Source: Deltaproteobacteria bacterium (GTDB lineage: Archaea > Thermoplasmatota > Poseidoniia > Poseidoniales > Poseidoniaceae). From it: 64,000 nt of DNA. The notes under the pieces were generated by a model that ran no database searches, was not told the origin of the DNA, and saw nothing but the letters and a program-made list of their open reading frames with translations. Below are positions 26,069 to 34,755 of this stretch, in pieces; position 1 is the stretch's first letter, and every line of letters starts with the position of its first letter. The DNA lies in contig JAOMAZ010000001.1 of the NCBI GenBank assembly GCA_028344335.1, forward strand, positions 11,468-75,467, read 5' to 3'. A program made the position numbers and the translations under genes.

Positions 26069-26371
26069 ATGCGCACCTGTATTGACCACCTAATCTCTCA
26101 AGCGCACCTTGATGTTGTTCGTGTTCGAAGTGAAGTAGAATTTATTACCGGATCTCTTGAAGACCTACGTCAACAAGAAAAAATCAGCAACGATGCTTTC
26201 CTTGATGCTGGTGCAATAACTGGTGCATTGGAAATGATTGCCAACCATATCGACTTAGGTGTACCACAAAGAGAAGTTGGAGAATTACTACGTGCACAAC
26301 TAAGCCGTGCTGATTCTATCGAAGAAAAGCACCCTGGACTAAATGCCGCAATTGAAGCATTAAGGGGATGA
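26069..26371 (+). CDS. Hypothetical 100-aa helical protein.
   Basis: Clean ORF, 4-nt overlap with the downstream ABC ATPase gene, no recognisable motif. Confidence 0.35.
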   Translation: MRTCIDHLISQAHLDVVRVRSEVEFITGSLEDLRQQEKISNDAFLDAGAITGALEMIANHIDLGVPQREVGELLRAQLSRADSIEEKHPGLNAAIEALRG

Positions 26372-27210
26372 ACACCTTGTCTACCCTACTGACTTCAAGT
26401 GGGGTTGTCAAGCAGTTTGGGGAAATTAGAGCTGTTGATGGTGTTAATCTAAGTCTAAAAAGAGGGGATATAGTTGGCCTTGTTGGTGGTAATGGGGCAG
26501 GAAAAACAACGATGCTGAGGCTTTTATGCGGGTTATACAGACCGACTGAAGGTGGGATTTCCTTTCATTCAAAGTCTGGAGAAAATAGACCAATCCATGA
26601 AATTAGGGAAAAACTTGGAGTGGTGCCAGAATCTACTGGCCTCTATCACCGCTTGACTGCATGGGAAAATATTCGCTACCACTCCCGCTTGCATGGAATA
26701 GATGATGATGTTGCGTGGAATAGAACCTTGAGATTCGCAAATGCACTTTCAATTTCTGATGAATTACACAGGCATACACGTGGATTTAGTCGAGGAATGC
26801 GCCAAAAGACAGCTCTGCTGAGGGCATTAGTTCATGGTCCTGAAATTCTCCTATTAGATGAGCCAACTGCCGGCCTAGATGTTACTAGCGCCAGAATGGT
26901 AAGAGAATTAGTCCGCAAACTAAGAGACGAAGGTGGCACCGTCATTTACAGCACTCATCATTTGGCTGAGGCTCAAATGGTTTGCGACCGAATTATAATC
27001 ATGCATAATGGACAAATACGTTGTGATGGCACTCCGGATGAATTGATGGCAGAAACTAATACTGGAAATTTGGAAGACGCCTATGTTGCGTTAACTTCAG
27101 ATGTTGCAAGAACTGATTCAATAGAAGAAAAAGAGGGTAAGATGGCCCGTATTTGGCGGACTTTGTTGACTCCTTCACGACACAATAAGGAGGTTGCTGA
27201 AGATGAGTAA
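26368..27210 (+). CDS. ABC transporter ATP-binding protein.
   Basis: Walker A GGNGAGKTT, Q-loop, ABC signature and Walker B LLLDEPTAGLD, with the H-loop YSTHHL. Confidence 0.9.
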   Translation: MNTLSTLLTSSGVVKQFGEIRAVDGVNLSLKRGDIVGLVGGNGAGKTTMLRLLCGLYRPTEGGISFHSKSGENRPIHEIREKLGVVPESTGLYHRLTAWENIRYHSRLHGIDDDVAWNRTLRFANALSISDELHRHTRGFSRGMRQKTALLRALVHGPEILLLDEPTAGLDVTSARMVRELVRKLRDEGGTVIYSTHHLAEAQMVCDRIIIMHNGQIRCDGTPDELMAETNTGNLEDAYVALTSDVARTDSIEEKEGKMARIWRTLLTPSRHNKEVAEDE

Positions 27211-28444
27211 TTTCGCCCTTAGATTACGTAGGGTTCGCACCATTGCGTGGAAGGAATTAGTTGATTTTGTCCGAGATTGGCGTACTTTAGTTGCTGTGAT
27301 TGTCATCCCATTGCTAATATTCCCTCTGCTTTTCTTCGCTTTACCAAAGATTCTACAAATGGAGGCTGAAGAACGGCAAGCAAATGTATTAGATATTATT
27401 ATTCAAGGTGATTCACCAGACCAAGATTTGTTTACCTTATTTGATGAATCTCTTCTCAATTATAGTAGTGAATCATTACCAAATGGACTTGATGGAGATT
27501 TATCTCAACCTATGGGGGATGACGAGCGCCTGAGAAATATGGAAGTCTCTGCCATCTTGCGGCTTCAGCATAACCAAACTAACGGTACGTGGAATTATGC
27601 TATATTGAGAGATTCTACTCAGGAATTATCAGGTGAGGCATTCAGCAGAATCCTTGAAGATCTCAAATTATGGGAGAGTAATTTGACTAATGAGACTCTA
27701 GTTGCAAATGGTCTTGACCCCGAAGATACGCTCAATCCAATCCGTTGGAGTGGTGACTCTGATAATGCAGATGTGGCCTCTGATGCCGAACAAGCGGGTT
27801 GGGCACTTTCACTGTTTATTCCGATGATTGTCGCCATGTGGACCGCCTCTAGTGCAATTCAACCCTCGATTGATATGACTGCAGGGGAAAGAGAACGCGG
27901 TACAATGGAGGCGGTTCTTTGTTTGCCAGTCAAACGTTTTGATTTATTGGCGGGGAAATGGTTAGCAGTTGCAACGATTTCTGGAACTGGAGTTATTCTC
28001 CAAGTTGTTGGTCTACTATTTGCTGTTCAATTTATCACTAGCAGTAATTCATTCCTGCAAATGCCTGCTCTTTCAACCAGCGCCTTTCTATTGTTATTAG
28101 CAGCCGTATTATTATTCACAGTCATGGTTGTGGCCTTTGAATTGGCATTAGCAGTTCGTTCAAGAAGTGTGAAAGAAGCTGGGAGTGTACTCGGGCCAAT
28201 GATTATTCTCATCATTTTCCCTGCTCTATTTGCCCAATTTATCAATCTTGAGGGTATTGAAGGATTCTGGTTTGCAATTCCCGTAGTCAATATTTTACTT
28301 GCGATGAGGGAATTGCTAACTGATCGAGTAATTAGTGGACATGTGTTAATCTGGTTTGGAAGTAGTCTAGTCTATGCCTTACTTGCTGCTTGGTATGCAT
28401 CGAAGCAATTCAATCGTGAAGACTTGGTTGAATCAATTTCTTAA
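27194..28444 (+). CDS. ABC-2 type transporter permease with a large extracytoplasmic loop.
   Basis: An N-terminal TM helix is followed by a roughly 170-aa hydrophilic loop and about 5 C-terminal TM helices. The start overlaps the ATPase gene. Confidence 0.7.
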   Translation: MLKMSNFALRLRRVRTIAWKELVDFVRDWRTLVAVIVIPLLIFPLLFFALPKILQMEAEERQANVLDIIIQGDSPDQDLFTLFDESLLNYSSESLPNGLDGDLSQPMGDDERLRNMEVSAILRLQHNQTNGTWNYAILRDSTQELSGEAFSRILEDLKLWESNLTNETLVANGLDPEDTLNPIRWSGDSDNADVASDAEQAGWALSLFIPMIVAMWTASSAIQPSIDMTAGERERGTMEAVLCLPVKRFDLLAGKWLAVATISGTGVILQVVGLLFAVQFITSSNSFLQMPALSTSAFLLLLAAVLLFTVMVVAFELALAVRSRSVKEAGSVLGPMIILIIFPALFAQFINLEGIEGFWFAIPVVNILLAMRELLTDRVISGHVLIWFGSSLVYALLAAWYASKQFNREDLVESIS

Positions 28445-28501
28445 TATTCGCCCAGTATTACTCAGCGAATACTTCTTAGGTTCTATGCTTTACCCATAAG
28501 C

Positions 28502-28675
28502 ATGGGGAAAGTCAGTCTTGACATGCCAGGTGAACTTCTTGAAGATCTCAAGAAACATGTGGGAGAGGATAAAAAATTCGTTAGCGTTGCCGATGCAATT
28601 CGCACCGCTTGCCGTAAAATGTTAGATCATTTAGACGAAATCGACAGCAGAGCAGGCCGCCTGGGAGATGGATGA
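28502..28675 (+). CDS. Small ribbon-helix-helix (CopG/Arc-like) protein of 57 aa, absent from the ORF track.
   Basis: MGKVSLDMPGELLEDLKKHVGEDKKFVSVADAIRTACRKMLDHL has the RHH beta-strand plus two helices pattern. The stop lies 1 nt before the folE start. Confidence 0.5.
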   Translation: MGKVSLDMPGELLEDLKKHVGEDKKFVSVADAIRTACRKMLDHLDEIDSRAGRLGDG

Positions 28676-28676
28676 T

Positions 28677-29252
28677 ATGAGTACAAGAGAGGAGGCTGAA
28701 GCAGCAGTCAAGACTTTGTTGCAATATCTTGAGAAGGATAGCGAAAGAGAAGGATTAGAAAAGACTCCAAAAAGGGTTATCGATTCATGGGGAGAAATCT
28801 TTGCAGGATATCAACAAAATTCAGCAGATGTACTGGAGGCCACTTTCAATAGCGAAGGTTATGATGGAATCGTTCTATTACGAGATATCGAGTTCAACTC
28901 TACCTGCGAACATCACCTTCAACCATTCAGTGGACGGGCTCATGTTGCCTACATTCCGGTAGAGCGAATAGTCGGTATAAGCAAGTTAGCACGTATTGTC
29001 GAAATGCATGGCCGCCGCCTTCAAAACCAAGAAAGAATTACCAAAGGAATTGCTGATGACCTTGAGAAACACCTCTCGCCCCTAGGAACTGCCGTCATAA
29101 TCGAAGCCCGCCATGGCTGCATGACTTGCCGAGGTGTACGTAAACAAAATGCTATCATGACAACTAGTGCAATGCGCGGTGTGTTCTTTGAAAAAGCTGA
29201 GGCGAGAACGGAATTAATGCAATTAATCCGTAGTGCACCACTCTCTAATTAA
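28677..29252 (+). CDS. folE: GTP cyclohydrolase I (FolE).
   Basis: The C-x-H-H region is NSTCEHHLQPFSGRAHVAYIP, followed by CMTCRG. The start may be 28668. Confidence 0.85.
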   Translation: MSTREEAEAAVKTLLQYLEKDSEREGLEKTPKRVIDSWGEIFAGYQQNSADVLEATFNSEGYDGIVLLRDIEFNSTCEHHLQPFSGRAHVAYIPVERIVGISKLARIVEMHGRRLQNQERITKGIADDLEKHLSPLGTAVIIEARHGCMTCRGVRKQNAIMTTSAMRGVFFEKAEARTELMQLIRSAPLSN

Positions 29253-29261
29253 GGTGAGATA

Positions 29262-29918
29262 ATGGAAAATTGTACGTTGGCTGGAGGGGGTTTTGAGGGA
29301 GATAACCCAGCCCACCTTGCTGCTGTTTATCCTGTCGTTGAAATCTTTAATTCCGTACAAGGAGAGGGTTATCACGCCGGAATTTCGAGTATTTTTATCC
29401 GCTTTGGACGATGTAATTTGGCTTGTGAATGGTGCGATACAGATTTTTCCAAATGGGTTGATATGACTGTTATTGATATTCTCGGAGTTATTGCCAAGTA
29501 TCCTGCAGAGAATGTTATTTTAACAGGTGGAGAGCCAATGCTACAAGACCTCTGGCCCCTCGTTAATTGCTTGCGAAAAAGGGGTAAAAAAATTGCTATT
29601 GAAAGTAATGGGAGCATAGAAATTCCCGAAGGTCTAATCGACTGGATCTGTATATCTCCTAAGGACCAAATGTATCCTCAGGTGGCCATTAAACAGCGAA
29701 AAGGTGACGAATTGAAAGTAGTCTATGTCGGCCAAGAACTCTCCCTTTATGATGAGCTTAAACAAGGCTTTAAACATCATTTCATTCAACCATGCTACTT
29801 TGAAAATCAGAGTATAGAATGGAATGGAAGTAACTTCCAAGCAACAGAAAAATTAGTCAAAGAAAACCCTCAATGGCGCTTAAGCCTTCAAACTCACAAA
29901 TGGATGGGTGTAGACTGA
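29262..29918 (+). CDS. queE: 7-carboxy-7-deazaguanine synthase QueE (radical SAM).
   Basis: CNLACEWCDT radical-SAM CxxxCxxC motif, about 218 aa, position in the folE-queE-queC-queD cluster. Confidence 0.8.
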   Translation: MENCTLAGGGFEGDNPAHLAAVYPVVEIFNSVQGEGYHAGISSIFIRFGRCNLACEWCDTDFSKWVDMTVIDILGVIAKYPAENVILTGGEPMLQDLWPLVNCLRKRGKKIAIESNGSIEIPEGLIDWICISPKDQMYPQVAIKQRKGDELKVVYVGQELSLYDELKQGFKHHFIQPCYFENQSIEWNGSNFQATEKLVKENPQWRLSLQTHKWMGVD

Positions 29919-30691
29919 TGCGAGCTGTAATTGCGCTATCTGGCGGTATGGATTCCACTGCCCTTTTGATACGACTTCTTGCTGATGGCTACAAGGTTAG
30001 TTGTTTATCCTATGAATACGGTCAAAAACACAATATCGAATTAGAAAGAGCGACGAAAAACATCCTCTACCTCTGTCAAAATGGGTACCAAATTGAGCAC
30101 CGAATAGTTAACCTAGAAAGCGCAATGGGGGTTTTTCATTCTGCCCTAATCAAGGGTGGGGAAGATATACCAGAAGGGCATTATGAAGAAGAACAAATGA
30201 AAACAACAGTAGTACCAAACCGTAATGCAATATTTTCCTCTATTCTTTACGGCTATGCCCTTTCTATTGCTTTGAGGGAGAATACCCGTGTCATGATAGC
30301 CTTAGGTGTTCATTCAGGGGACCATGCGATTTATCCAGACTGCAGGCCAGAATTTTATCAAAGCCTTGAACATGCATTCAAAGTTGGCAATTGGGATAGC
30401 GAAAAAGTTGAGTTTCACCTACCTTACATCGATGGTGATAAAATAACGATTCTTAGGGATGCAGAACAAGCAATAAATAAATTAGGCTTAGATTTCAATA
30501 CTATTTTTAGAAATACAAATACCTCCTATAACCCAGATTCAGATGGGCGCTCTTCAGGAAAATCAGGTGCAGATATTGAGAGAATTCTCGCCTTCCATGC
30601 AATTGATAGAAAAGACCCAATCAAATATGTAGATGAATGGCAAGTAGTTCTTGAACATGCCATTAAAGTAGAGGAGGAGATGAAAACATGA
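29918..30691 (+). CDS. queC: 7-cyano-7-deazaguanine synthase QueC (PP-loop ATPase).
   Basis: MRAVIALSGGMDST PP-loop motif. The ATG overlaps the queE TGA (tgATG). The track ORF starts 45 nt upstream. Confidence 0.85.
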   Translation: MRAVIALSGGMDSTALLIRLLADGYKVSCLSYEYGQKHNIELERATKNILYLCQNGYQIEHRIVNLESAMGVFHSALIKGGEDIPEGHYEEEQMKTTVVPNRNAIFSSILYGYALSIALRENTRVMIALGVHSGDHAIYPDCRPEFYQSLEHAFKVGNWDSEKVEFHLPYIDGDKITILRDAEQAINKLGLDFNTIFRNTNTSYNPDSDGRSSGKSGADIERILAFHAIDRKDPIKYVDEWQVVLEHAIKVEEEMKT

Positions 30692-31137
30692 CGACTATAA
30701 TTCGCCGCTGGGTTGAGACTGATACGGGACATAGGGTGCCAAACCACAAATCGAAATGCCGACATATGCACGGGCACCGCTACCGTTGGGAAGCAGAAAT
30801 AGAAGGTGATGTTGTCACTGAGCCAGGAGTTTCAGAAGAAGGAATGCTAATCGATTTTTCAGATGTTTCAGCAATTTTGAACGAGTATATTCACGATATT
30901 GTTGACCATGCATTCCTTGTCTATTCAGGAGACCAAGATGGATTAGCAGCATTAGAGGTTTTAGGAGACCAACATAGGACTGTAATCATGGAGTTTGTTC
31001 CAACCGCAGAAAATCTCGCCAAGTGGGCATTTGAAGCAGTTGAACCCCATCTCAAAACAGCCTATGGAAACCGCTTGCGATTAGTGGCGATTCACGTTAG
31101 AGAAACTCCGAAGTCTTGGGCAACTTGGAGAAAGTAA
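30688..31137 (+). CDS. queD: 6-carboxy-5,6,7,8-tetrahydropterin synthase QueD.
   Basis: CRHMHGHRYRWE zinc-binding Cys-x-H-G-H motif. Protein is 149 aa, with a 4-nt overlap with queC. Confidence 0.85.
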   Translation: MTTIIRRWVETDTGHRVPNHKSKCRHMHGHRYRWEAEIEGDVVTEPGVSEEGMLIDFSDVSAILNEYIHDIVDHAFLVYSGDQDGLAALEVLGDQHRTVIMEFVPTAENLAKWAFEAVEPHLKTAYGNRLRLVAIHVRETPKSWATWRK

Positions 31138-31162
31138 TCAACAAAAGTAGTTTATTGGGTTT

Positions 31163-31954
31163 TTATTCTAAACGCCTTCTTCGGCCACGCTTCCACTCTT
31201 CATCTCCAGATACTTTCTGAAGTGCCGTGGTTGCTTCAACCAACGCACCAATCAATTGTTGTGCTTCAAGATCGTTTGGTAATCCTTTCATGATAATTCG
31301 ATCTAGAGTTTTTCCAACCATTCTAGATTTTGTGCCTTCATATGACAGTGCAGTTGTATAATCTGAAATCGCTTTCTTAAGAGTGATTCTTATCCCTCCT
31401 GTCAAGGATTCTTCTTCCTTTCTTTCTGTTTTATCCCTAGAAAAATCATACAGAATCAAAGCAACAGCATGAGATAAATTGCAAATTGGATAACCCTCCC
31501 AAGTATTAATTGTCATCAATAAATCGCATAAATCCAACTCGGGAGTTGTCAGCCCGACCCCTTCTTCACCAAATACAATGGCAACTTTCCCTGTATGTTG
31601 GACTGCTTTTGATGCAGCTTCTTCTGGGGAAATCAAATGCCGAAATGATGTTTTTAAACCGCCTTCTTTCTTTCCACTTGTACCAATTACTAGACCAATA
31701 TCTTGCATACAGGAATCCCAAGTTTCAAAGGTTTCGAGATTATCCAAAATTGAACCCGCAAATTTCGCACGTTTTCTTGCTTCTTCATCAACCTCACAAT
31801 GTGGTTCGACTAATCTTAGTTCTGTGAAACCAAAATTTAGCATTGCTCGGCAAACTGCTCCAAGATTCCCAGGGTGGGAAGTTCTCATCAGTACGATGAT
31901 TGGAAGAAAACCAAAATTAGGAAGGGGAGCATCTGGTCGATTACCCAATTTCAT
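31163..31954 (-). CDS. SpoU/TrmH-family RNA 2'-O-methyltransferase (TrmJ-like).
   Basis: HPGNLGAVCRAMLNFG motif 1 and AIVFGEEGVGL, with a C-terminal extension. A T-rich tract lies downstream at 31140-31160, shared with the convergent queD. Confidence 0.75.
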   Translation of the reverse strand: MKLGNRPDAPLPNFGFLPIIVLMRTSHPGNLGAVCRAMLNFGFTELRLVEPHCEVDEEARKRAKFAGSILDNLETFETWDSCMQDIGLVIGTSGKKEGGLKTSFRHLISPEEAASKAVQHTGKVAIVFGEEGVGLTTPELDLCDLLMTINTWEGYPICNLSHAVALILYDFSRDKTERKEEESLTGGIRITLKKAISDYTTALSYEGTKSRMVGKTLDRIIMKGLPNDLEAQQLIGALVEATTALQKVSGDEEWKRGRRRRLE

Positions 31955-31985
31955 TCCTCCTCTTTGAGGTTCAATCTCTTTTCAT

Positions 31986-32008
31986 CCCACGCTATTATCC
32001 AGCGTGGG
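31986..32008. repeat. Perfect 8-bp inverted repeat CCCACGCT-attatcc-AGCGTGGG (hairpin) downstream of the r-protein operon.
   Basis: Read directly from the sequence. It lies inside the unsupported track ORF 31951..32187 (-). Confidence 0.5.
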
Positions 32009-32201
32009 TCAAATGCTTGGTAAATGAAAGCAATAAATCCACCTTTATGCCTATCGGGCATGGAAATAGAGCGCTTCCTAACGTGATGTTGATTTCTCAG
32101 ATAAAACAAGCATGAATCTATGACAGATTGATCAGGGTGATTAATGCTAACAGGGCGGTGGTCCAGATTAATGAGGACCTTGGGCAATTGCCCACCTCCA
32201 T

Positions 32202-32393
32202 TCAGTCTGTGCGACGCAGTCGGTAGCGGGTGACATATCCGGCTATCCAGTTGCGCAATCGCTTGTTTGGAACGTCAGTTAGTTTTTCGACCATCTTCTT
32301 GTTATGGTCAAAACTCTCGGTGAAATGTTCTCCGTGGTCCTTGACCAAACGGATCGCACGAATCTTGATGAATGATGGACGAATATTTCCCAT
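32202..32393 (-). CDS. rps17e: Ribosomal protein S17e.
   Basis: MGNIRPSFIKIRAIRLVKDHGEHFTESFDHNKKMVEKLTDVPNKRLRNWIAGYVTR matches S17e (MGRVRTKTVKKAAR...KKLRNKIAGYVT). Confidence 0.85.
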   Translation of the reverse strand: MGNIRPSFIKIRAIRLVKDHGEHFTESFDHNKKMVEKLTDVPNKRLRNWIAGYVTRYRLRRTD

Positions 32394-32398
32394 GTTTT

Positions 32399-32674
32399 TC
32401 ACTCCTCTACTAATTTTACTTCTATTGGAATATCTGGCTCGTCGTGGCGAGTTATTTCCAAGCGTATTTTACGTGGTGGATTTTCGATTCCATTCTTCCA
32501 GATTGCCTCATTAACGGCTTGATCTATCCAAATTTCCTCATCTTCCCTGACCTTTAGGTGGCGAATTACTTCGTTGCGAATGATTTTGATTGCCCTTGGG
32601 CTACGCTTGAATCGGGTGATATTCCATGCCTTGCGGAGTGGAACAACCAACTCACTAACTGCTGCTCTTGCCAT
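32399..32674 (-). CDS. rpl31e: Ribosomal protein L31e.
   Basis: 91 aa. VIRHLKVREDEEIWIDQAVNEAIWKNGIENPPRKIRLEI is typical of L31e. It sits 6 nt downstream of L39e. Confidence 0.85.
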   Translation of the reverse strand: MARAAVSELVVPLRKAWNITRFKRSPRAIKIIRNEVIRHLKVREDEEIWIDQAVNEAIWKNGIENPPRKIRLEITRHDEPDIPIEVKLVEE

Positions 32675-32680
32675 TCTTAA

Positions 32681-32836
32681 TCACCTCTGAAGTTTACTGC
32701 GCCTCCAGTGGTGGCGCTTTGGATGGGTGGTCATCTTACGTGCGGTCTTCATCATAACCCACACTGGAACTCTACGGTTCTGGTTAGTAACCTTGTTGAG
32801 ACGGATTTTCTTTGCTGCGGGCTTATTTCTTGCCAT
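32681..32836 (-). CDS. rpl39e: Ribosomal protein L39e of 51 aa, absent from the ORF track.
   Basis: Reverse-strand translation gives [51 protein letters not shown], matching L39e (NRRVPVWV...THPKRRHWRR). Confidence 0.85.
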   Translation of the reverse strand: MARNKPAAKKIRLNKVTNQNRRVPVWVMMKTARKMTTHPKRHHWRRSKLQR

Positions 32837-32846
32837 CTTCATCACC

Positions 32847-33215
32847 TCAGATACGTCGAATCGACGAAATGTGTTTTTTCTCTTCTAGGCCTGCTAGAAT
32901 CTTCTTCAAGGATAAATCATTAACAGGTATGGAAATTCTACCTTCTTTGTCCAAATCCGCTAATTGCTGGCGGACTTGCTCTGCCAATTCTGGGCGAGAT
33001 AGTTCTAAACGAGCTAATCTTTCTCTTGCTTCTGAGGAAAGGACGGTTTTCATAGCCGTTGCTAAATTTGATTTGTTTTCTGCTTCTGCTGCAGATTGTT
33101 CTTCTTTTTGCATTTGCGAAAGAGCATCTCTCTCCATTTGTTCACGCATTTCAACAAGACGCTGCTGCCTTAGACGAGTAAGTTCATCGTCTTGTGCTGC
33201 CGTCATAATGCTCAA
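32847..33215 (-). CDS. PDCD5/TFAR19-family dsDNA-binding protein, a conserved archaeal r-protein-operon member.
   Basis: [16 protein letters not shown]...[25 protein letters not shown] fits the PDCD5 family pattern. Confidence 0.7.
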   Translation of the reverse strand: MSIMTAAQDDELTRLRQQRLVEMREQMERDALSQMQKEEQSAAEAENKSNLATAMKTVLSSEARERLARLELSRPELAEQVRQQLADLDKEGRISIPVNDLSLKKILAGLEEKKHISSIRRI

Positions 33216-33227
33216 CCTCTCACATCC

Positions 33228-33731
33228 TCAATAAATCTCGAGTCCAGGGTAGGATTCATCTGCTTGTGCACGAACTTGGCGGGCGATTTCATCGAGGAGT
33301 TTATGGCCTGCTGGAGTGATTATTCTACCCTTGTAGATAGTTTGTTCCTCATCATCGATATTCTTGATGGTTTTCTCCGCCACCTTTTGTAGCAGACCAG
33401 CGGCCTCAAGTTGAATCAAAACTGTACGGATGATCTTGCGGCTTCCTTGAGCGGCTCTATTTGGTGCAACATTGCGCTCAAGTTTCCCTCCGAATGCCTG
33501 TGCTAGAAGGTTCGTTCCGATAGGCCCTTCCCGTCCTACTTTTCGTAATACTGCGGCGCTGCGCTGTATCCACCAATCATCTTGACTAGGGGGGCGCTCT
33601 CGGTGGATTCCTGTCTTCACTACAGATGCCCATTCAGGCATCTCAAATCCATCCATATCTCCAAGCTTAGAAGCGAGTGCTGGAATCAAGAAATCAGCAG
33701 GAACATCGTGGAACGTGGTCATGACAGGCAC
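33228..33731 (-). CDS. rps19e: Ribosomal protein S19e.
   Basis: TFHDVPADFLIPALASKLGDMDGFEMPEWASVVKTG resembles the S19e N-terminus (VKDVPA..FI.A.A..LK......P.W.D.VKTG). Confidence 0.85.
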   Translation of the reverse strand: MPVMTTFHDVPADFLIPALASKLGDMDGFEMPEWASVVKTGIHRERPPSQDDWWIQRSAAVLRKVGREGPIGTNLLAQAFGGKLERNVAPNRAAQGSRKIIRTVLIQLEAAGLLQKVAEKTIKNIDDEEQTIYKGRIITPAGHKLLDEIARQVRAQADESYPGLEIY

Positions 33732-33880
33732 CGAGCGTCTCGCCGACTGACCTCCCCTATTTGAAGGAAACGGGGAGTCAAAGGCTTAGCAACCGAGGTA
33801 TCTAGTGCCTTTTGAGTGTTGAGTTCTTATTCTTTTTTGTTAGGCTTAAACACAAATCTTTGAAAGAAGTATTGTTGTGG

Positions 33881-34690
33881 ATGACTTCGATGAGGAAGGC
33901 GTTGGCACAGAATCCAAATCTGCTTCGCACCTTAATTGGTTTATCCTTCACCCTCGTATTCGTATTGTCTTATGCAGTATATGGGGCAACAATTGATACG
34001 GAGTACTATGTTTATTCTACTGAAAGAAATGAGTCTTCGGCAGAATTAACTCTGCTCCATAAAGACGTCTCTCAAGATGATGATGGTAATGAATGGACAA
34101 CTTGGCTTTGGCAGGCTGACGTCAACAGAACCAACTTAACTTGGATTAACTCGAGTTTACTAGGTGCACCAAGTGATTCAATATTGAAAGTAATCAATAC
34201 TGCTGGTTGGTATAGCCATGAATTACTGGGAGAAAGGACCGACCTGTCATTCAATTGCGCCGTCGAATGTGAGAAAAAAACATCTCACTCTAAGGCTGCC
34301 GAAGACGGGAGTGCAATGGTCATCGGTTTGATTCATACCGACCCAGCCCGCAGAGATGGAGGAACCGTTCATGCAGATAGTGAGGCTGAAGCATTAGAAC
34401 TGATTGCTGAAATTCTCAATCAAAGTTACTCAGAAGGAGTTTGGCAAATCCAAGTAGTTTCACCGGGGAACCACAGTATTGAGCCACAGGTTGAGTTGCT
34501 GCATGTCAATGAACAATTCGCCTCAATGGAACCATTTGCTCTCGATACTGCAACCGAAATGATGTGGTCGTTGGCTGCAGTTATTGGTTGCTTTATCATC
34601 GTCTTAGTGCCATTGATGACGATTTTCATAATCTCAAGAATGCGAGAAAAAGGAGAGGTAGAAATTACCCTTTCGGATGCTGAAGAGTAA
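33881..34690 (+). CDS. Membrane protein with N- and C-terminal TM helices and an extracytoplasmic Trp-rich domain. Hypothetical.
   Basis: TM segments are LIGLSFTLVFVLSYAVYGA and MMWSLAAVIGCFIIVLVPLMTIFII. It lies directly upstream of the giant surface protein. The track ORF starts at 33812. Confidence 0.5.
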   Translation: MTSMRKALAQNPNLLRTLIGLSFTLVFVLSYAVYGATIDTEYYVYSTERNESSAELTLLHKDVSQDDDGNEWTTWLWQADVNRTNLTWINSSLLGAPSDSILKVINTAGWYSHELLGERTDLSFNCAVECEKKTSHSKAAEDGSAMVIGLIHTDPARRDGGTVHADSEAEALELIAEILNQSYSEGVWQIQVVSPGNHSIEPQVELLHVNEQFASMEPFALDTATEMMWSLAAVIGCFIIVLVPLMTIFIISRMREKGEVEITLSDAEE

Positions 34691-34755
34691 ATATTTTCAA
34701 TAACAATGCACGGTTAGGGTTAATTATATAGTTGTCAGAAGGCGGAACGACGACG

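Noticed and set aside
31951-32187. Minus-strand 78-aa ORF between S17e and the SpoU gene.
   Set aside because: It contains the perfect 8-bp hairpin within its coding sequence, has no recognisable features, and is more plausibly a terminator-bearing intergenic region.
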